Source: the human T2T-CHM13v2.0 reference genome, Homo sapiens. From it: a stretch of 64,000 bases of DNA. Location: the NCBI GenBank assembly GCA_009914755.4, contig CP068257.2, positions 8,096,001 to 8,160,000 on the forward strand, given 5' to 3'. Made by a program: the position numbers and the translations under genes. The notes beneath the pieces were generated by a model. It saw nothing but the letters and a program-made list of their open reading frames with translations, was not told the origin of the DNA and searched no databases. Positions 41,539-55,389 of the stretch are shown piece after piece (position 1 is the first letter of the stretch; every line of letters begins with the position of its first letter).

Positions 41539-41892
41539 CGTTCCATTCCATTCCAATCCATTCAATGTCATTCCATGTGATTCTATTCCATTAGACTCCA
41601 TTCCATTTCATTCCATTCCATCCGATTCCATTCCATTCTATTCCTTTCCATTCCATTCCATTCCATTCGTTTACAATCCATTTGAGCCCATTCAACTCCA
41701 GTGCCTTTCATTTGAGTCCATTCCATTGCATTCCATTCCATTCCACTCCATTCCATTCCATTCCAATTGATTCGATTCCCTTCCACTCAATTCCACTCCA
41801 TTTCATTCCATTGCATTCCATTCCATTCCATTCCATTCCATTCCTTTCCATTCCATTTGATTACATTCGATTCAAGTCCATTCTATTCGAAT

Positions 41893-42113
41893 CTGTTACT
41901 TTTCAATCGATTATATTTGAGTCCGTTCTAATCCAGTCCATTCCATTCTGGTACGTTCCTTTTGATTGCATTCCATTCGAATACATTCCATACTATTGCA
42001 TTCCATTCGATTCCATTGTATTAGAATAAATTGCGTTCGAGACCTACCTTTCAAGTCCATTCTTTTTCAGCCCATTCCATTCAATTCCATTACATTTGGG
42101 TCCATTCCATTCC
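41893..42113 (+). repeat. 210-bp module copy 27
   Basis: ttttcaatcgattatatttgagtccgttctaatccagtcc ... aataaattgcgttcgagacc ... cattacatttgggtccattccattcc. Confidence 0.65.
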
Positions 42114-43779
42114 ATTCCATTGCATTCGATGCTATTCCATTCGAATCTATTACTTTCGTGTATATTCCATTCCATTCCATTCCATTCCATTCCATTCTGT
42201 ATTTTTCCATTAAACTCCATTCCATTCTATTCCTGTCGATTGCATTCAATTCCATTCCATTCGATTCCTGTCCATTTGATTCCATTCCATTCAACTCCAT
42301 TCCATTCAAGTCCATTCCATTCCATTCCATTCAATTCCATTCCATTCGATTCCAATCCATTCAATTCCACTTTGTTCAAGTCGTTTCCAATAGAGTCCAT
42401 TCCATTCCAGTCCATTCCATTCGATTCCTTTCCATTCGATTCCATTCCATTCTATTCTGTTCCATCCGATTTCATTGCACTCTATTCCCTTCCCTTCCAT
42501 TCCATTCTATTCCATTCCATTCAATGCCATTCAATTCTATTCTATTCCTTTTGAGTCCATTCCATTCGAGTCCATACCATTTCAATCCATTCCATTCCAT
42601 AACATTCGATGCCATTCCATTCGATTCTACTCCATTAGATTCCATTCCATTCCATTCTGTTCCATCTGATTCCATTGCATTCTATTCCCTTCTCTTCCAT
42701 TCCCTTCTCTTCCATTCCATTCGATGCCATTCAATTCTATTCTATTCCCTTTGAATCCATTTCATTCGAGTCCATACCATTTCAATCCATTCCATTCCAT
42801 TCGATGCCATTCCATTCAATTCTATTCTATTTGACTCAGTTAAACTCCATTCCTTTCCATCCAATTCCTTTCCTTTCTATTCCTTTCCACTGCATTCCAA
42901 TCCATTCCATTCGATTCCATTCCATTCAATTCCATTCTTCTCCAGTCCATTCCTTTCGAGTCCATTCCATTGCAGTCCATTCCATTCGAGTCCATTCCAT
43001 TCCATTCCATTCGATAACTTTCCATTAATCTCCATTCCATTCTATTCCTTTCGATTCCATTCAATTCCATTCCATTCGATATCTTTCCATTACACTCCAT
43101 TCCATTCTGTTCCTTTCGATTCCATTCAATTCCACTCCATTCGATTCCATTCCACTCGATTCCATTCCATTCAACTCCATGCCGTTCATGTCCATTCCAT
43201 TCCATTCCGTTCCATTCTATTCCAATCCGTCACTTTCCATTTTGTTCCAGTCAATTCCACTCGAGTCCATTCCATTGCAGTCCATTCCATTCGAGTCCAT
43301 TCCATTCCATTCCATTCGATATCTTTCCATTACTCTCCATTCCATTCTATTCCTTTCGATTCCATTCAATTCCATTCCATTCGATATCTTTCCTTTACAC
43401 TCCATTCCATTCTATTCCTTTTGATTCCATTCAGTTCCATTCCATTCAATTCCATTCCATTCAATTCCATTCCATTCGACTCCATGCCATTCATGTCCAT
43501 TCCATTCCATTCCATTCCGTTCCATTTGATTCCAATACGTTACTTTCCATTTTGTTCCAGTCAATAACACTCGAGTACATTCCATTGCAGTCCATTCCAT
43601 TTGATTCCCTTCCATTCGATTCGATTAAATTCCATTTGATTCCATTCCACTAAATTTCATTCCATTCCATTCCATTGCATTCCATTCTATTCCATTCCAT
43701 TGCATTCCATTCTATTCCATTCCATTGCATTCCATTCCATTCCATTTGATTTCATTCCATTCAATTCCAAGGCATTCAA

Positions 43780-44003
43780 ATGAATTACATTACAATCCAT
43801 TACATTCGAGTCCTTTCTATTCCAGTCCATTCCATTCTTGTCCATTCCATTTGATTCAACTCCATTCAATACCATTTGATACTATTGCACTCCTTTGGAT
43901 TCCATTCTATTTGAATAAATTCCATTCGAGACCATTCCTTTTGAGTCCATTCTATTTGAGTCCATTCCATTCGTGTCCATTACATTTGGGTCCGTTCCAT
44001 TGC
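43780..44003 (+). repeat. 210-bp module copy 28 (type p of a dimeric HOR)
   Basis: ggcattcaaatgaattacattacaatccattacattcgagtcc ... cattacatttgggtccgttccattgc. Confidence 0.7.
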
Positions 44004-44690
44004 ATTCCATTCCATTCCTTTCTATTCCATTTGATACCATTACATTAGAATCTATTCCATTAGAGCCCATTCCATTCGAATGCATTCCATTCCATTCCAT
44101 TCCATGCCATTCGATTCGATTCTATTCTATTCGACTCCATTCCATTTCATTCGGTTCCATCTGATTCCACTCCATTCTTGCCCTTTCCATACCATTCCAT
44201 TCCATTGGTTTCCATTCCATTGGAGTCCATTCCACTCCATCCCATTCCATTCGAGTCCATTCCATTCCAGTCCATTTCATTTGAGTCCATTCCATTCCAT
44301 TCAATTCCACTTGATATCTTTCCTTTTCATTCCTTTCCATTCTTTTCCTTTCGATTCCATTCAATTCCATTCCATTCGATTCCATTCCACTGTATTCCTT
44401 TCCATTCGACTCCATTCCATTCGAATCCATTCCTTTTCATTCCATTCCATTCCATTCCTTTCTGTTCGACTTCATTCCGTTCGATTCCTATTTGTTGCAG
44501 TCCATTCCATTCGAGTCCATTCCATTCCAGTCCATTCAATTCGATTCCATTCCATTCGATTCCCTTCCATTTGATTCCATTCCACTCGTTTCCACTCCAT
44601 TGCATTCCATTGCATTCCATTCTATTCCATTCCATTGCATATCATTACATTTCCTATGATTACATTCCATTTGATTCCATTCAGCTCAAA

Positions 44691-44903
44691 TCAATTGGAT
44701 TGCAATCTATTACATTCGAGTCCGTTCTATTCCAGTCCATTCCATTCTCGTCCATTACTTTCGATTCCATTCCATACTATTGCATTCCATTCGATTCCAC
44801 TGTATTCGAATAAATTCCATTCAAGACCATTCCTTTTTAATCCATTCTATTTGAGTCTATTACATTCAAGTCCATTACATTTGGGTCCATCCAATTCCAG
44901 TCC
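44691..44903 (+). repeat. 210-bp module copy 29 (type q)
   Basis: caattggattgcaatctattacattcgagtccgttctattccagtcc ... tcctttttaatcc ... gggtccatccaattcc. Confidence 0.7.
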
Positions 44904-45265
44904 ATACCATTCGATGTCATTCCATTCTATTCTATTCCATTCTACTCCATTCCATTCCATTAAATTCCATTCCATTCTGTTCCATTCGATTCCAATCCAT
45001 TACATTCCATTTTGTTCCAGTCAGTTCCACTCAAGTCCATTCCATTTTATTCCATTCAATTCCACTCGAGTACATTCCATTCCAGTCCATTCCATTCGAT
45101 TCCATTCCTTTCGATTCCATTCCATTCAATTCGATTAAATTCCATTTGATTCCATTCCACTCTATTCCATTCTGTTCCATTCCACTGCATGCCATTCTAT
45201 TCCATTCCTTTGCATTCCATTCCATTTCGTTTGATTACATTCCATTCAATTTCAAGGCATTCGAA

Positions 45266-45488
45266 TCAATTACATTTCCATCCATTACATTCGAGTGTTT
45301 TCTATTCCAGTCCATTCCATTCCAGTCCATTCCATTTGATTAAATTCCATTCGATTCATTTAGATACTATTACATTCCTTTCGATTCCATTCTATTCGAA
45401 TAAATTCCATTCGAGACCATTCCTTTCGAGTCCATTCTATTTGACTGCATTCCATTCGTGTACATTACATCTGGGTCCGTTCCATTGC
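45266..45488 (+). repeat. 210-bp module copy 30 (type p)
   Basis: ggcattcgaatcaattacatttccatccattacattcgagtg ... cattacatctgggtccgttccattgc. Confidence 0.7.
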
Positions 45489-46130
45489 ATTCCATTCCAT
45501 TCCTTTCCATTCCATTCCATGCCATTACTTTCGCTTCTATTCCATTAGAGTCCATTCCATTCGAGTCCATTCCATTCCATTCCATTCGATGTCATTCCAC
45601 ACGATTCTATTCCATTCGATTCCATTCCATTCCATTCAGTTCCATCCTATTCCATTCCATTGTAGTCCTTTCCATTCCATTCCATTCATTTCCTTTCCAT
45701 TCGAGCCCATTCCACTCCAGTCCATTTCATTCGAGTCCATTCCACTCCAGTCCATTTCATTCCATTCCATTCCGTTCAATTCCATTTGATATCTTTCCAT
45801 TTCACTCCGTTCCATTCCATTGCATTCTATTTAATTGCATTTCATTCCACTGCATTCCATTCGTGTCCATTCCTTTTCATTCCTTTCCATTCCATTGCAT
45901 TCTGTTCTACTTCAATCCATTCGATTCCATTTTCTTCCAGTCCATTCCATTCGAGTCCATTCCATTCCAGTCCATTTGATTTGATTCCATTCCATTTGAT
46001 TCCCTTCCTTTCGATTCCATTCCACTCAATTCCACTCCGTTCCTTTCCATTGAATTCCATTCCATTCCATTCCATTGCATACCATTGCATTCCATATGAT
46101 TTCATTCCATTTGATTCCATACAACTCAAA

Positions 46131-46343
46131 TCAATTGGATTGCAATGAATTACAATCGAAACCATTTTATTCCAGTCCATTCCATTCTGGTCCATTCCAT
46201 TTAATTCCATTCCATACTATTGCGTTCCATTTGATTGCACTGTATTCGAATAAATTCCATTAGAGACCATTCCTTTTTAATAAATTATATTTGAGTCTAT
46301 TGCATTCGAGTTCAATACATTTGGGTCCATCCAATTCCATTCC
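46131..46343 (+). repeat. 210-bp module copy 31 (type q)
   Basis: caattggattgcaatgaattacaatcgaaacc ... tcctttttaataaattatatttgagtc ... gggtccatccaattcc. Confidence 0.7.
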
Positions 46344-47744
46344 ATTCCATTCGATGCCATTGCATTCGATTCTATTCCATTCGAGTCCATTCCATTTGAT
46401 TCCATTCCGTTCCATTCCATTCCATTCGATCACATTCCTTTCGATTCCATTCTGCTCCAGTCCATTCCATTCGAGTACTTTCCATTCGAGTCCGTTCCAT
46501 TGGAATCCATTCCATTCCATTCCATTGCTTTCGATATCTTTCCATTACACTCCATTCCATTCTATTTCTTAAGATTCAATTCAATTCCATTCCTTTCTGT
46601 TTCGTTCCATTTGACTCCATTCCATTCAAGTCCATTCCATTTCATTCCATTCTGTCCGATTCAATTCCGTTCAATTCCATTTTGATCCAATCCAATCCGT
46701 TCGAGTCCATTCTATTTGTTTCCCTTCCATTCCATTCCATTCCTTTCGATGCCATTCCATTCAATTCTATTCAAGTCCATTCCGTCTGAGTCCATTCGAT
46801 TCCATTCCAATCCACTCCATTCCATTAGATGCCATTCCATTTGATTCTAATCCACTCAACTCCATTCCATTCCATTCCTTTCCATCCGATTCCATTCCGT
46901 TCTATTCCTTTCCATTCCATTCCATTCCATTCCATTCATTTCCATTGCTTTTGAGTTTTTTCCTCTCCAGTCCATTCCATTCGAGTCCATTCCATTGCAA
47001 TCCACTTGATTCGAGTCCATTCCATTCCATTACTTTCATTCGATAACTTTCCTTTACACTCCATTCCTTTCTATTCCTTTCTATTCATTTCGATTCTATT
47101 CAATTCTATTCCATTCGATTCCATTCCATTCTACTGCATTCCTTTCTAGTCCATTCCATTCCATTCGATATCTTTCCATTACACTCCATTCCACTCTATT
47201 CCTTTCAATTCCTTTCAGTTGCATTCCATTCTAGTCCATTCCATTAAAATCCACTCCATTCGATTCCATTCCATTCCATTCCTTTTGATTCGATATCTTT
47301 CCTTTACACTCCATTCCTTTCTATTCCTTTCGGTTCTATTCAATTCCATTCCATTCGATTCCATTCCATTCGATTCCATTTCATTCGACTCCATTCCATT
47401 CGAGTCCATTCCATTCCATTCAATTCCATTCGATATCTTCCATTCCATTCCATTCCATTCTATTCCTTTGAATTCCATTCAATTCAATTCCATTCGAGTC
47501 CATTCTATTGCATTCCATTCCATTCCGTTCTGTTCGATTCCAATCCATTCGATTCTACTTTGTTCCAGTCCATTCCATTCGAATCCATTCCCTTCCAGTG
47601 CATCCCATTTGATTCCATTCCATTCGACTCCATTCCACTCGATTCCACTCCGTTCCATTCTATTACATTCTATTCTATTCCATTCCATTGCATTCCATTC
47701 CATTCCATTTTATTACACTCCTTTCGATTCCATTCCATTTGAAT

Positions 47745-47966
47745 CAATTACATTGTAATCCATTACATTCGATTCCATTCTATTCCAGTCCATTCCATTC
47801 CTGTCCATTCCATTTCGTTAGATTACATTTGATTCCATTAAATACTATTGCAGTCTATTCAATTCCATTCTATTAGAATAAATTCCTTTCGAGACCATTC
47901 CTTTCGAGTCCATTCTATTTGAGTCCATTTCTTTCGACTCCATTACATTTGGGTCCATTCCATTCC
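47745..47966 (+). repeat. 210-bp module copy 32, followed by a partial re-duplication of its tail to ~48100
   Basis: caattacattgtaatccattacattcgattccattctattccagtcc ... aataaattcctttcgagaccattcc ... cattacatttgggtccattccattcc. Confidence 0.7.
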
Positions 47967-49294
47967 ATTCCTTTCCAGTCCATTACATTGCAGTCGCTGC
48001 CAGTCCATTCGATTCTATTCCATTTGAGTCCATTACATTTGGGTCCATTCCATTCCACTCCATTCCATTCGATTCTATTCCATTTGAGTCCATTCCATTC
48101 GGGTCCATTCCATTCGATGCCATTCCATTCGAGTCCATTTCACTCCAGTCGATTCCATTCGATGCCATTCCATTCGAGTCCATTTCATTCGAATCCATTC
48201 CATTGCATTCCATTCGATGCCATTCCATTCGATTCTATTCCATTCGACTCCATTCCCTTTCTTTCCATTCCATGAAATTCCATTCCATTCTATTCCTTTC
48301 CATTCCATTCCAATGTATTACATTCCATTCCGTTCGTGTCCATTCCACTCCAGTCCATTCCATTCGAGTCCATTCCATTCCAGTGCATTCCATTCGAGTC
48401 AATTCCATTTAATTCCATTAGACATTTTTCCGTTTCACTCCATTTAATTCTGTTTCTTTCGTTTCCAATCAATTCCATTCCATTTGATTCCGTTACATTC
48501 GATTCCATTCCATTCTACTCCATTCCTTTTGACTCCATTTCTTTCCATTTCATTGCATTCCGTTCCGTTCGTTGCCAATGCGTTTGATTCCATTTTGTTC
48601 CTGTCCATTCCATTCGAGTCCATTCCATTCGAGTCCATTCCATTAGATTCCATTCCATTCGATTCCATGCCACTCGACTCCACTCTGTTCCATTCCATTG
48701 CGTTGCCTTCTATTCCATTTCTTTGCATTCCATTCCATTCCAGTGCATTCCATTCGTTTCCATTCTATTAGACTCCATTCCACTCCAGTTCATTCCTTTC
48801 GAGTCCATTACATTCCAGTCCATTCCACTCGAATCCAATCCATTCCATTCCATTCGACATCTTTCCATTACACTCCATTCCATTCTATTAATTTTGATTC
48901 TAATCAATTCCATTCCAATAGAACACCTTCCTTTCGATTCCATTCCTTTCGACTCCTTTCCATTCGAGTCCATTCTATTCCATTCCATTAAATTCCATTC
49001 CTTTGATTACATTCCATTCGATTCCATTCCACTCGATTCCACTCCGTTACATTTTATTGCATTCCGTTCTATTCCATTCCATTGAGTACCATTCCATTCT
49101 ATTCTATTCCATTCGAGTCGATTTCTTTAGAGCCCATTCCATTCCATTCCATTCGATGTCATTCCGTTTGATTCTTTTCCATTTGAATCCATTCCATTCC
49201 ATTCTGTTCCATCCGTTTCCATTCCATTCTGTTCCATCCATTTCCATTCCATTCTATTCCTTTCCATTCCATTCCATTCCATTTGTTTCCATTT

Positions 49295-49404
49295 CATTCG
49301 ATTCATTCTATTCGAATAAATTCCATTAGAGACCGTTCCTTTCGAGTCCATTCTGTTTGAGTCTATTCCATTCCAGTCCATTACATTTGGTTCCATTCCA
49401 TTCC
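49295..49404 (+). repeat. 210-bp module partial copy (3-prime half)
   Basis: attcgaataaattccattagagaccgttcctttcgagtccattctgtttgagtc ... cattacatttggttccattccattcc. Confidence 0.55.
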
Positions 49405-50005
49405 CTTCCATTCCTTTCCATTCCATACGTTGCCATTCCATTCATTTCTATTCCATTCGACTCCATTCCATTCCATTCCATTCCATCCGATTCTATTTCA
49501 TTCTATTCCTTTCCATTCCACTCCATTCCATTCGTGTCCATTCCATTTGAGTCCGTTCCAATCCAGTCCATTCCATTCGACTCCATTACACTCCAGTCCA
49601 TTCCATTTGAATCCATTCCATTCCAGTCCATTCCATTCAAGTCCATTCCATTCCATGCCATTCCATTCGATATCTTTCCATTACAATCCTTTCCATTCTA
49701 TTCTTTTTATTCCGTTCAATTCCATTCCATGTAATTCCATTCCATTCGATTCCATTCCATTCGACTCCATTCCGTTTGAGACCATTACATTCCATTTCGT
49801 TCAATTTGATTGCAATCCGTTCGATTCCATTTTGTTCCAGTATATTCCGTTCAAGTCCATTCAATTCCAGTCCATTCCATTCGATTCCAGTCCATTCGAT
49901 TCCATTCCATTCCAATTGATTCTTCTCCGTTCCATTACATTGCATTCCATTCTATACCATTCCATTCCTTTTGGTTACATTAAATTCGATTTCATTCCAT
50001 TCGAG

Positions 50006-50213
50006 TCAATTACTTTGCAATCCATTACATTCGAGTCCGTTCTATTCCAGTCCATTCCATTCGATTCCATTCCATTGCATTCCATTCCATACTATTGCAT
50101 TCCATTTGGTCCCAAAGTTTTCGAATAAATTCCATTCGAGGCCATTCCTTTAGAGTCCATTCTACTTGAGTCCATTCCATTCGAGTCCATTACATTTGGA
50201 TCCATTTCATTCC
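50006..50213 (+). repeat. 210-bp module copy 33
   Basis: caattactttgcaatccattacattcgagtccgttctattccagtcc ... aataaattccattcgaggccattcc ... cattacatttggatcc. Confidence 0.7.
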
Positions 50214-50388
50214 ATCCCAATCCATTCCATTCCATTCGGATCCATTTCATTCCATTCCATTCCATTCGATGCCATTCCATACAATTATGTTCCATAGGTG
50301 TCCATTCCTTTCGAATCCATTCCATTCCATTCCATTCCGTTCCATGAGATTACAATCCATTCGATTGCATTCCATTCAAATCAATTAC

Positions 50389-50550
50389 TTTTCAATGCCT
50401 TAAATTGTAGTCTGTTCCATTCCAGTCCATTCCATTCCTGTCCATTCCTTTCGATTCCATTCCATACTATTGCATTCAATTTGATTCCATTCTCTTCGAA
50501 TAAATTCCATTCAAGACAATTCCTCTTGAGTCCATTCCATTCGAATCAAT
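50389..50550 (+). repeat. 210-bp module copy 34 (3-prime end truncated)
   Basis: caattacttttcaatgccttaaattgtagtctgttccattccagtcc ... aataaattccattcaagacaattcc. Confidence 0.55.
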
Positions 50551-50690
50551 TCCATTCAATTCCATTCCATTCGTTTCCATTCCTCTCGATTCCACTCCAT
50601 TCCATTCTATTGCATTCCATTCTGTTCCATTCCCTTGCATTCCTTTCCATTCCATTTGACTACATTAAATTCAATTCCATTTCATTTGAG

Positions 50691-50900
50691 TCAATTACAT
50701 TGCAATCCATTACATTCGAGTGTGTTGTATTCCAGTTCATTCCATTCCATTCCATTCCATTCCATTGGATTCTATTCCATACTATTTCATTCCTTTCAAA
50801 TCCATGCTATTCGAATAAATTCCATTCAAGACCATTCCCTTCCAATCCATTCTATTTCAGTCCCTTCAATTCGAGTCCATTGCAATGGGGTCCATTCCAT
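50691..50900 (+). repeat. 210-bp module copy 35
   Basis: caattacattgcaatccattacattcgagtgtgttgtattccagttc ... aataaattccattcaagaccattcc. Confidence 0.65.
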
Positions 50901-51596
50901 TTGTTTCCATTCCATTCACTTCGATGCCATTCCATTCCATTCTATTCCACTTGAGTCCATTCCGTTCGAGTCCATTCCATTCCATTCCACTCCATTCCAT
51001 TCAATTCCATTGCATTCAATTCTATTCCATTCGACTCCATTCCATTACATTCCATTCCATCCGATTACATTCCATTCCACCCGATTCCATTCCATTCTAT
51101 TCCTTTCCATTCCATTCCATTCATTCCATTCCATTCCATTCCATATTTCCATTCCATTCGATTCCATTCCACTCCAGGACATTACATTCCAGTCCATACC
51201 ATTAGAGTCCATTCCATTAGAGTCCATTTCATTACATTCCATTCCATTTGATATATTTCCTTTCCATTCCATTCCATTCCATTGTATTCCTTTCGATTCC
51301 ATTCAACTCTACACCATTCTATTGCATTTCATTCAACTCCATTCCATTCGATTCCATTCCAATCCATTCCATTAAATTTCGTTCTGTTCGATTCCAATCC
51401 GTTCAATTCCTTTTTTTCCGGTCCATTCCATTCGAGTCCATTCCATTCCAGGCCATTCCAATCGGTTCCATTCCACTCGATTACATTCCATTTGATTCCA
51501 TTCCATTTGATTCCACTCCATTCCATTCCATTGCATTCCATTCTATTTCATTCCATTCCATTTGATTACATTCGATTCGATTCTATTCCCTTCAAA

Positions 51597-51823
51597 TCAA
51601 TTACATTTCAGTCCAATACATTCGAGTCCGTTCTATTCCATTCCATTCCATTCCATTCTGTTCCATTCCTTTTGATTCCATTCCATTCCATTCCCTTCCA
51701 TACTGTTCCATTACATTCGACTCTATTCTATTTGAATAAATTCCATTCGAAGCCAATTCTTTCAAGTCCATTTTTTTTAGTCCCTTCCATTCGAGTCCAT
51801 TACATTTGGGTCAATTGCATTCC
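51597..51823 (+). repeat. 210-bp module copy 36
   Basis: caattacatttcagtccaatacattcgagtccgttctattcc ... aataaattccattcgaagccaattc ... cattacatttgggtcaattgcattcc. Confidence 0.7.
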
Positions 51824-52498
51824 ATTCCTTTCCATTCCATTTGATGCCATTCCATTCGATTCTATTCCATTCGAGTCCATTCCTTTCCAGTCCATTCCAT
51901 TCGTTGCCATTCGATTCGATTCTATTCCATTCCACTCCATTCCATTACGTTCCATCCGATTCCAATCCATTCTATTCCTTTCCATTCCAATCCAATCTGC
52001 TCGATTCCATTCCATTCATTGCGATCCATTTCATTCGTTTCATTTCCATTCGCGTCATTTCCACTCCACTCCATTCCATTAGAGTCCATTCAATTCCACT
52101 ACATTCCATTTGACTCCTTTCCATTCGATTTCTTTCCATTAAAACCATTCCATTCTATTCCTTTGGATTCTATTAAATTCCATTCTTTTCCATTCCATTC
52201 CATACCATTCCATTCCATTCCATTTGACTCCATTTCATTCGAGTCCATTCCATTCAATTCCATTCTGTTCCATTCTATTCCAATCTATTCAATTCCACTT
52301 TCTTCCAGTCCAATCCATTCGAGTCCATTACATTCCAATCCATTCCAATCGATTCCATTCCTTTCTATTCCATTCCGTTGAATTCCATTCCATTCGATTC
52401 CAGTCCAATCCATTCCACTGCATTATTTTCTATTCCATTCCAATGCATTCCATTCCACTCCGTTTGATCACATTCCATTCGATTCCATTCCATTCAAA

Positions 52499-52721
52499 TC
52501 AATTACATTACAAACCATTACGTATGATTCCATTCTATTCCTGTCCATTCCATTCCTGTCCATTACATTTGATTCTATTCCATTAGAATCCATTCCATAC
52601 TATTGCATTCCATTCGATTCCATTCTATTCGAATAAATTCCATTCGAGACCATTCCTTTTGAGTTCATTCCTTTTGAGTCCATTCCATTTGAGTACGTTA
52701 CATTTGGTTCCATTCCGTTCC
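52499..52721 (+). repeat. 210-bp module copy 37
   Basis: caattacattacaaaccattacgtatgattcc ... aataaattccattcgagaccattcc ... gttacatttggttccattccgttcc. Confidence 0.7.
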
Positions 52722-52829
52722 ATTCCATTCCATTCCATTAGATGCCATTCCATTTGATTCTAATCCATTCGAGTCCATTCCATTCGACTTCATTCCATTC
52801 CATTCAATTCCATTCCATTCAATTCCATT

Positions 52830-52980
52830 CCATTTCATTCCATTCCATTCCATTTCATTCCATTCCATTCCATTTCATTCCATTCCATTCCATTTCATTC
52901 CATTCCATTTCATTCCATTCCATTCCATTTCATTCCATTCCATTCCATTTCATTCCATTCCATTCCATTTCATTCCATTC
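52830..52980 (+). repeat. Local 20-bp-period micro-expansion (ATTCC ATTCC ATTTC ATTCC)n
   Basis: cattccattccatttcattc repeated about 7 times. Confidence 0.7.
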
Positions 52981-53559
52981 CATTCCATTCGAAGCAATTC
53001 CTTTGGATTCTATTCCGTTCAACTCCATTCCATTTCATTCCATTTCAACCGATTCCATTCCATTTCATTCCATTCCATCCGATTCCATTCCATTCCATTC
53101 CACCCGATTCCATTCCATTCCATTCCACTCGTTTCCATTACATTCGTGTCCATTCCACTCCAGTCCATTCCATTTGAGTAAACTGCAATCCAGTCCATTC
53201 CATTGAAGTCCATACCATTCTATTTGATATCTTTCCATTACACTCCCTTACATTCCATTCCATTCGATGCCATTTCATTCCATTCCATTCCATTCGAGTC
53301 CATTCCATTAGAGACCATTTCATTCCATTGTGTTCCATCCCTTCCGCTTCCATTCCATTCCATTCCATTTCATTCCATTCCATTCGTGTTCATTACATTC
53401 GAGACCATTCCACTCCAGTCCATTAAATTCAAGACCATTCCATTCCAGTCCATTCCATTCCGTTCTGCTCAATTCCAATGCGTTCAATTCCATTATGTGC
53501 CAGTCCAGTCCATTCCAGTCCATTCCATTCGATTCCATTCCATTTGATTCTATTCCATA

Positions 53560-53678
53560 CTATTGCATTCCATTCGATTCCATTCTTTTGAATAAATTGC
53601 ATTCGAGTCCATTCCTTTTGGGTCCATTCTATTTGAGTCCATTCCATACGAGTCCATTATATTTGGGTCCATTCCACA
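53560..53678 (+). repeat. 210-bp module 3-prime-half copy 38 (member of a ~0.93 kb HOR)
   Basis: ccatactattgcattccattcgattccattcttttgaataaattgcattcgagtcc ... attatatttgggtccattcc. Confidence 0.6.
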
Positions 53679-54456
53679 CTATTCCATTCCATTCCATTCC
53701 ATTCCATTCCATTCCATGCCCTTCCATTCCATTCTATTCCATTGAGTCCACTCCATTCGAGTTCATTCCATTCCATTCCATTTGATGCCATACTATTCTA
53801 TACTATTCCATTTGACTCCATTCCATTCCATTCCATTGGATGCCATATCATTCTATTCTATTCCATTTGACTCCATTCCATTCCATTACTTTCCATCCGA
53901 TTCCATTCCTTTCTATTCCTTTTCATTCCGTTCCCTTCCATTGCGTTGCATTCCATTCCATTCCATTGGTTTCCATTCCATTTGCGTTCATTCAACTCCA
54001 GTACATTCCATTCGATTCCATTCCCTTCGACTCCCTTCCAATCGAGTCCATTCCATTCCATTCAATTCCTTTCAGTTTGATTCCAATCCGTTCAATTCCA
54101 TTTTGTTCCAGTCCATTCCATTTGAATCCTTTCCATTCCAGTCCATTCCTTTCAATTCCATTCCATTCGAAGCCATTCCATTGGATTCTATTCCATTCAA
54201 CTCCATTCCATTCCATATCATTCCATCCGATTCCATTCCATTCTATTCCTTTATATTTCATTCCCTTCCTTTCCATTCCATGACATTCCATTCGTCTCCA
54301 TTCCATTCGAGCCCATTCCTCTCCAGTCCATTCCATTCGCGTGAATTCCATTACAGTCCTTTCCATTCCATTACTTTCCATTCAATATCTTTCCATTGCA
54401 CTCCATTCCATTCTCTTCCTTTCGATTCCATTCAATTCCATTCCATTCGGTTCGAT

Positions 54457-54584
54457 TCCATACTATTGCATTCCATTCAATTCCATTCCATTCGTATAAA
54501 TTACATTCGAGACCATTTCTTTCGAGTCCATTATATTTGAGCCCATTCCATTCGATTCCACTACATTTGGGTCCATACCATTCC
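54457..54584 (+). repeat. 210-bp module 3-prime-half copy 39
   Basis: ccatactattgcattccattcaattcc ... tataaattacattcgagaccatttctttcgagtcc ... ctacatttgggtccataccattcc. Confidence 0.6.
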
Positions 54585-55389
54585 ATTCCATTCCATTCCA
54601 TTCCATTCGATCCCAAACCATTTTTTTTCTATTCCATTCGAGTCCATTCCAATCAAGTCCAATCCATTCCATTTGATGAAATTCCATTCGATTATATTCC
54701 ATTCGAGTTGATTTCATTCCATTTGGTTCCATCCGATTACATTCCATTCTATTCCGTTCCTTTCCATTCCATTCCATTCCATTCTTTTCCAATCCATGCG
54801 AATCCATTCCTCTCCAGTCCATTCCATTCGTGTCCCTTCCATTCCAGTCCATGCCTTTCGAGTCCATTCCATTCCATTCCCTTCAATGTCTTTCAATTAC
54901 ACTCCATTCCATTCTATTTCATTCGATTCCATTCAATTCAACTCTATTCGATTCCCTTCACTTCGATTCCAATCCATTCGACTCCATTCCATTCGAGTCC
55001 ATTTCATTCCATTCCAATGCATTCTGTTCCTTTCCATACCAATCCGTTTGATTCCATTTAGTTCCAGTACATTGCATTCGAGTCCATTCCATTCCATTCC
55101 ATTCGAAGCCATTGCATTCGATTTTATTGCATTGAACTCCATTCCATTCCATTCCTTTCCATCCGATTCCATTCCATTTTAGTCCTTTCCATTCCATTCC
55201 ATTCTATTCGTTTAAATTCCAATTGAGTCCATTCCACTCCAGTCCATTCCATTTGAGTCCATTGCGTTCCAGTCCATTCCATTCGAGTCCATTCCTCTCC
55301 ATTCCTTTCCATTTGATATCTTTCCATTGCACTCCATTCCTTTCTATTCCTTTCGATTCTGTTCAATTCCATTCCATTCGATTCCAATC

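Larger units (their letters stand above)
43780..46750 (+). repeat. Two tandem copies of a ~1.46 kb dimeric higher-order repeat (two alternating module types p/q per unit)
   Basis: Modules 28/30 share private variants, as do 29/31, at offsets of 1486 and 1440 bp. The inter-module sequence 44003-44690 parallels 45488-46130. Confidence 0.6.
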
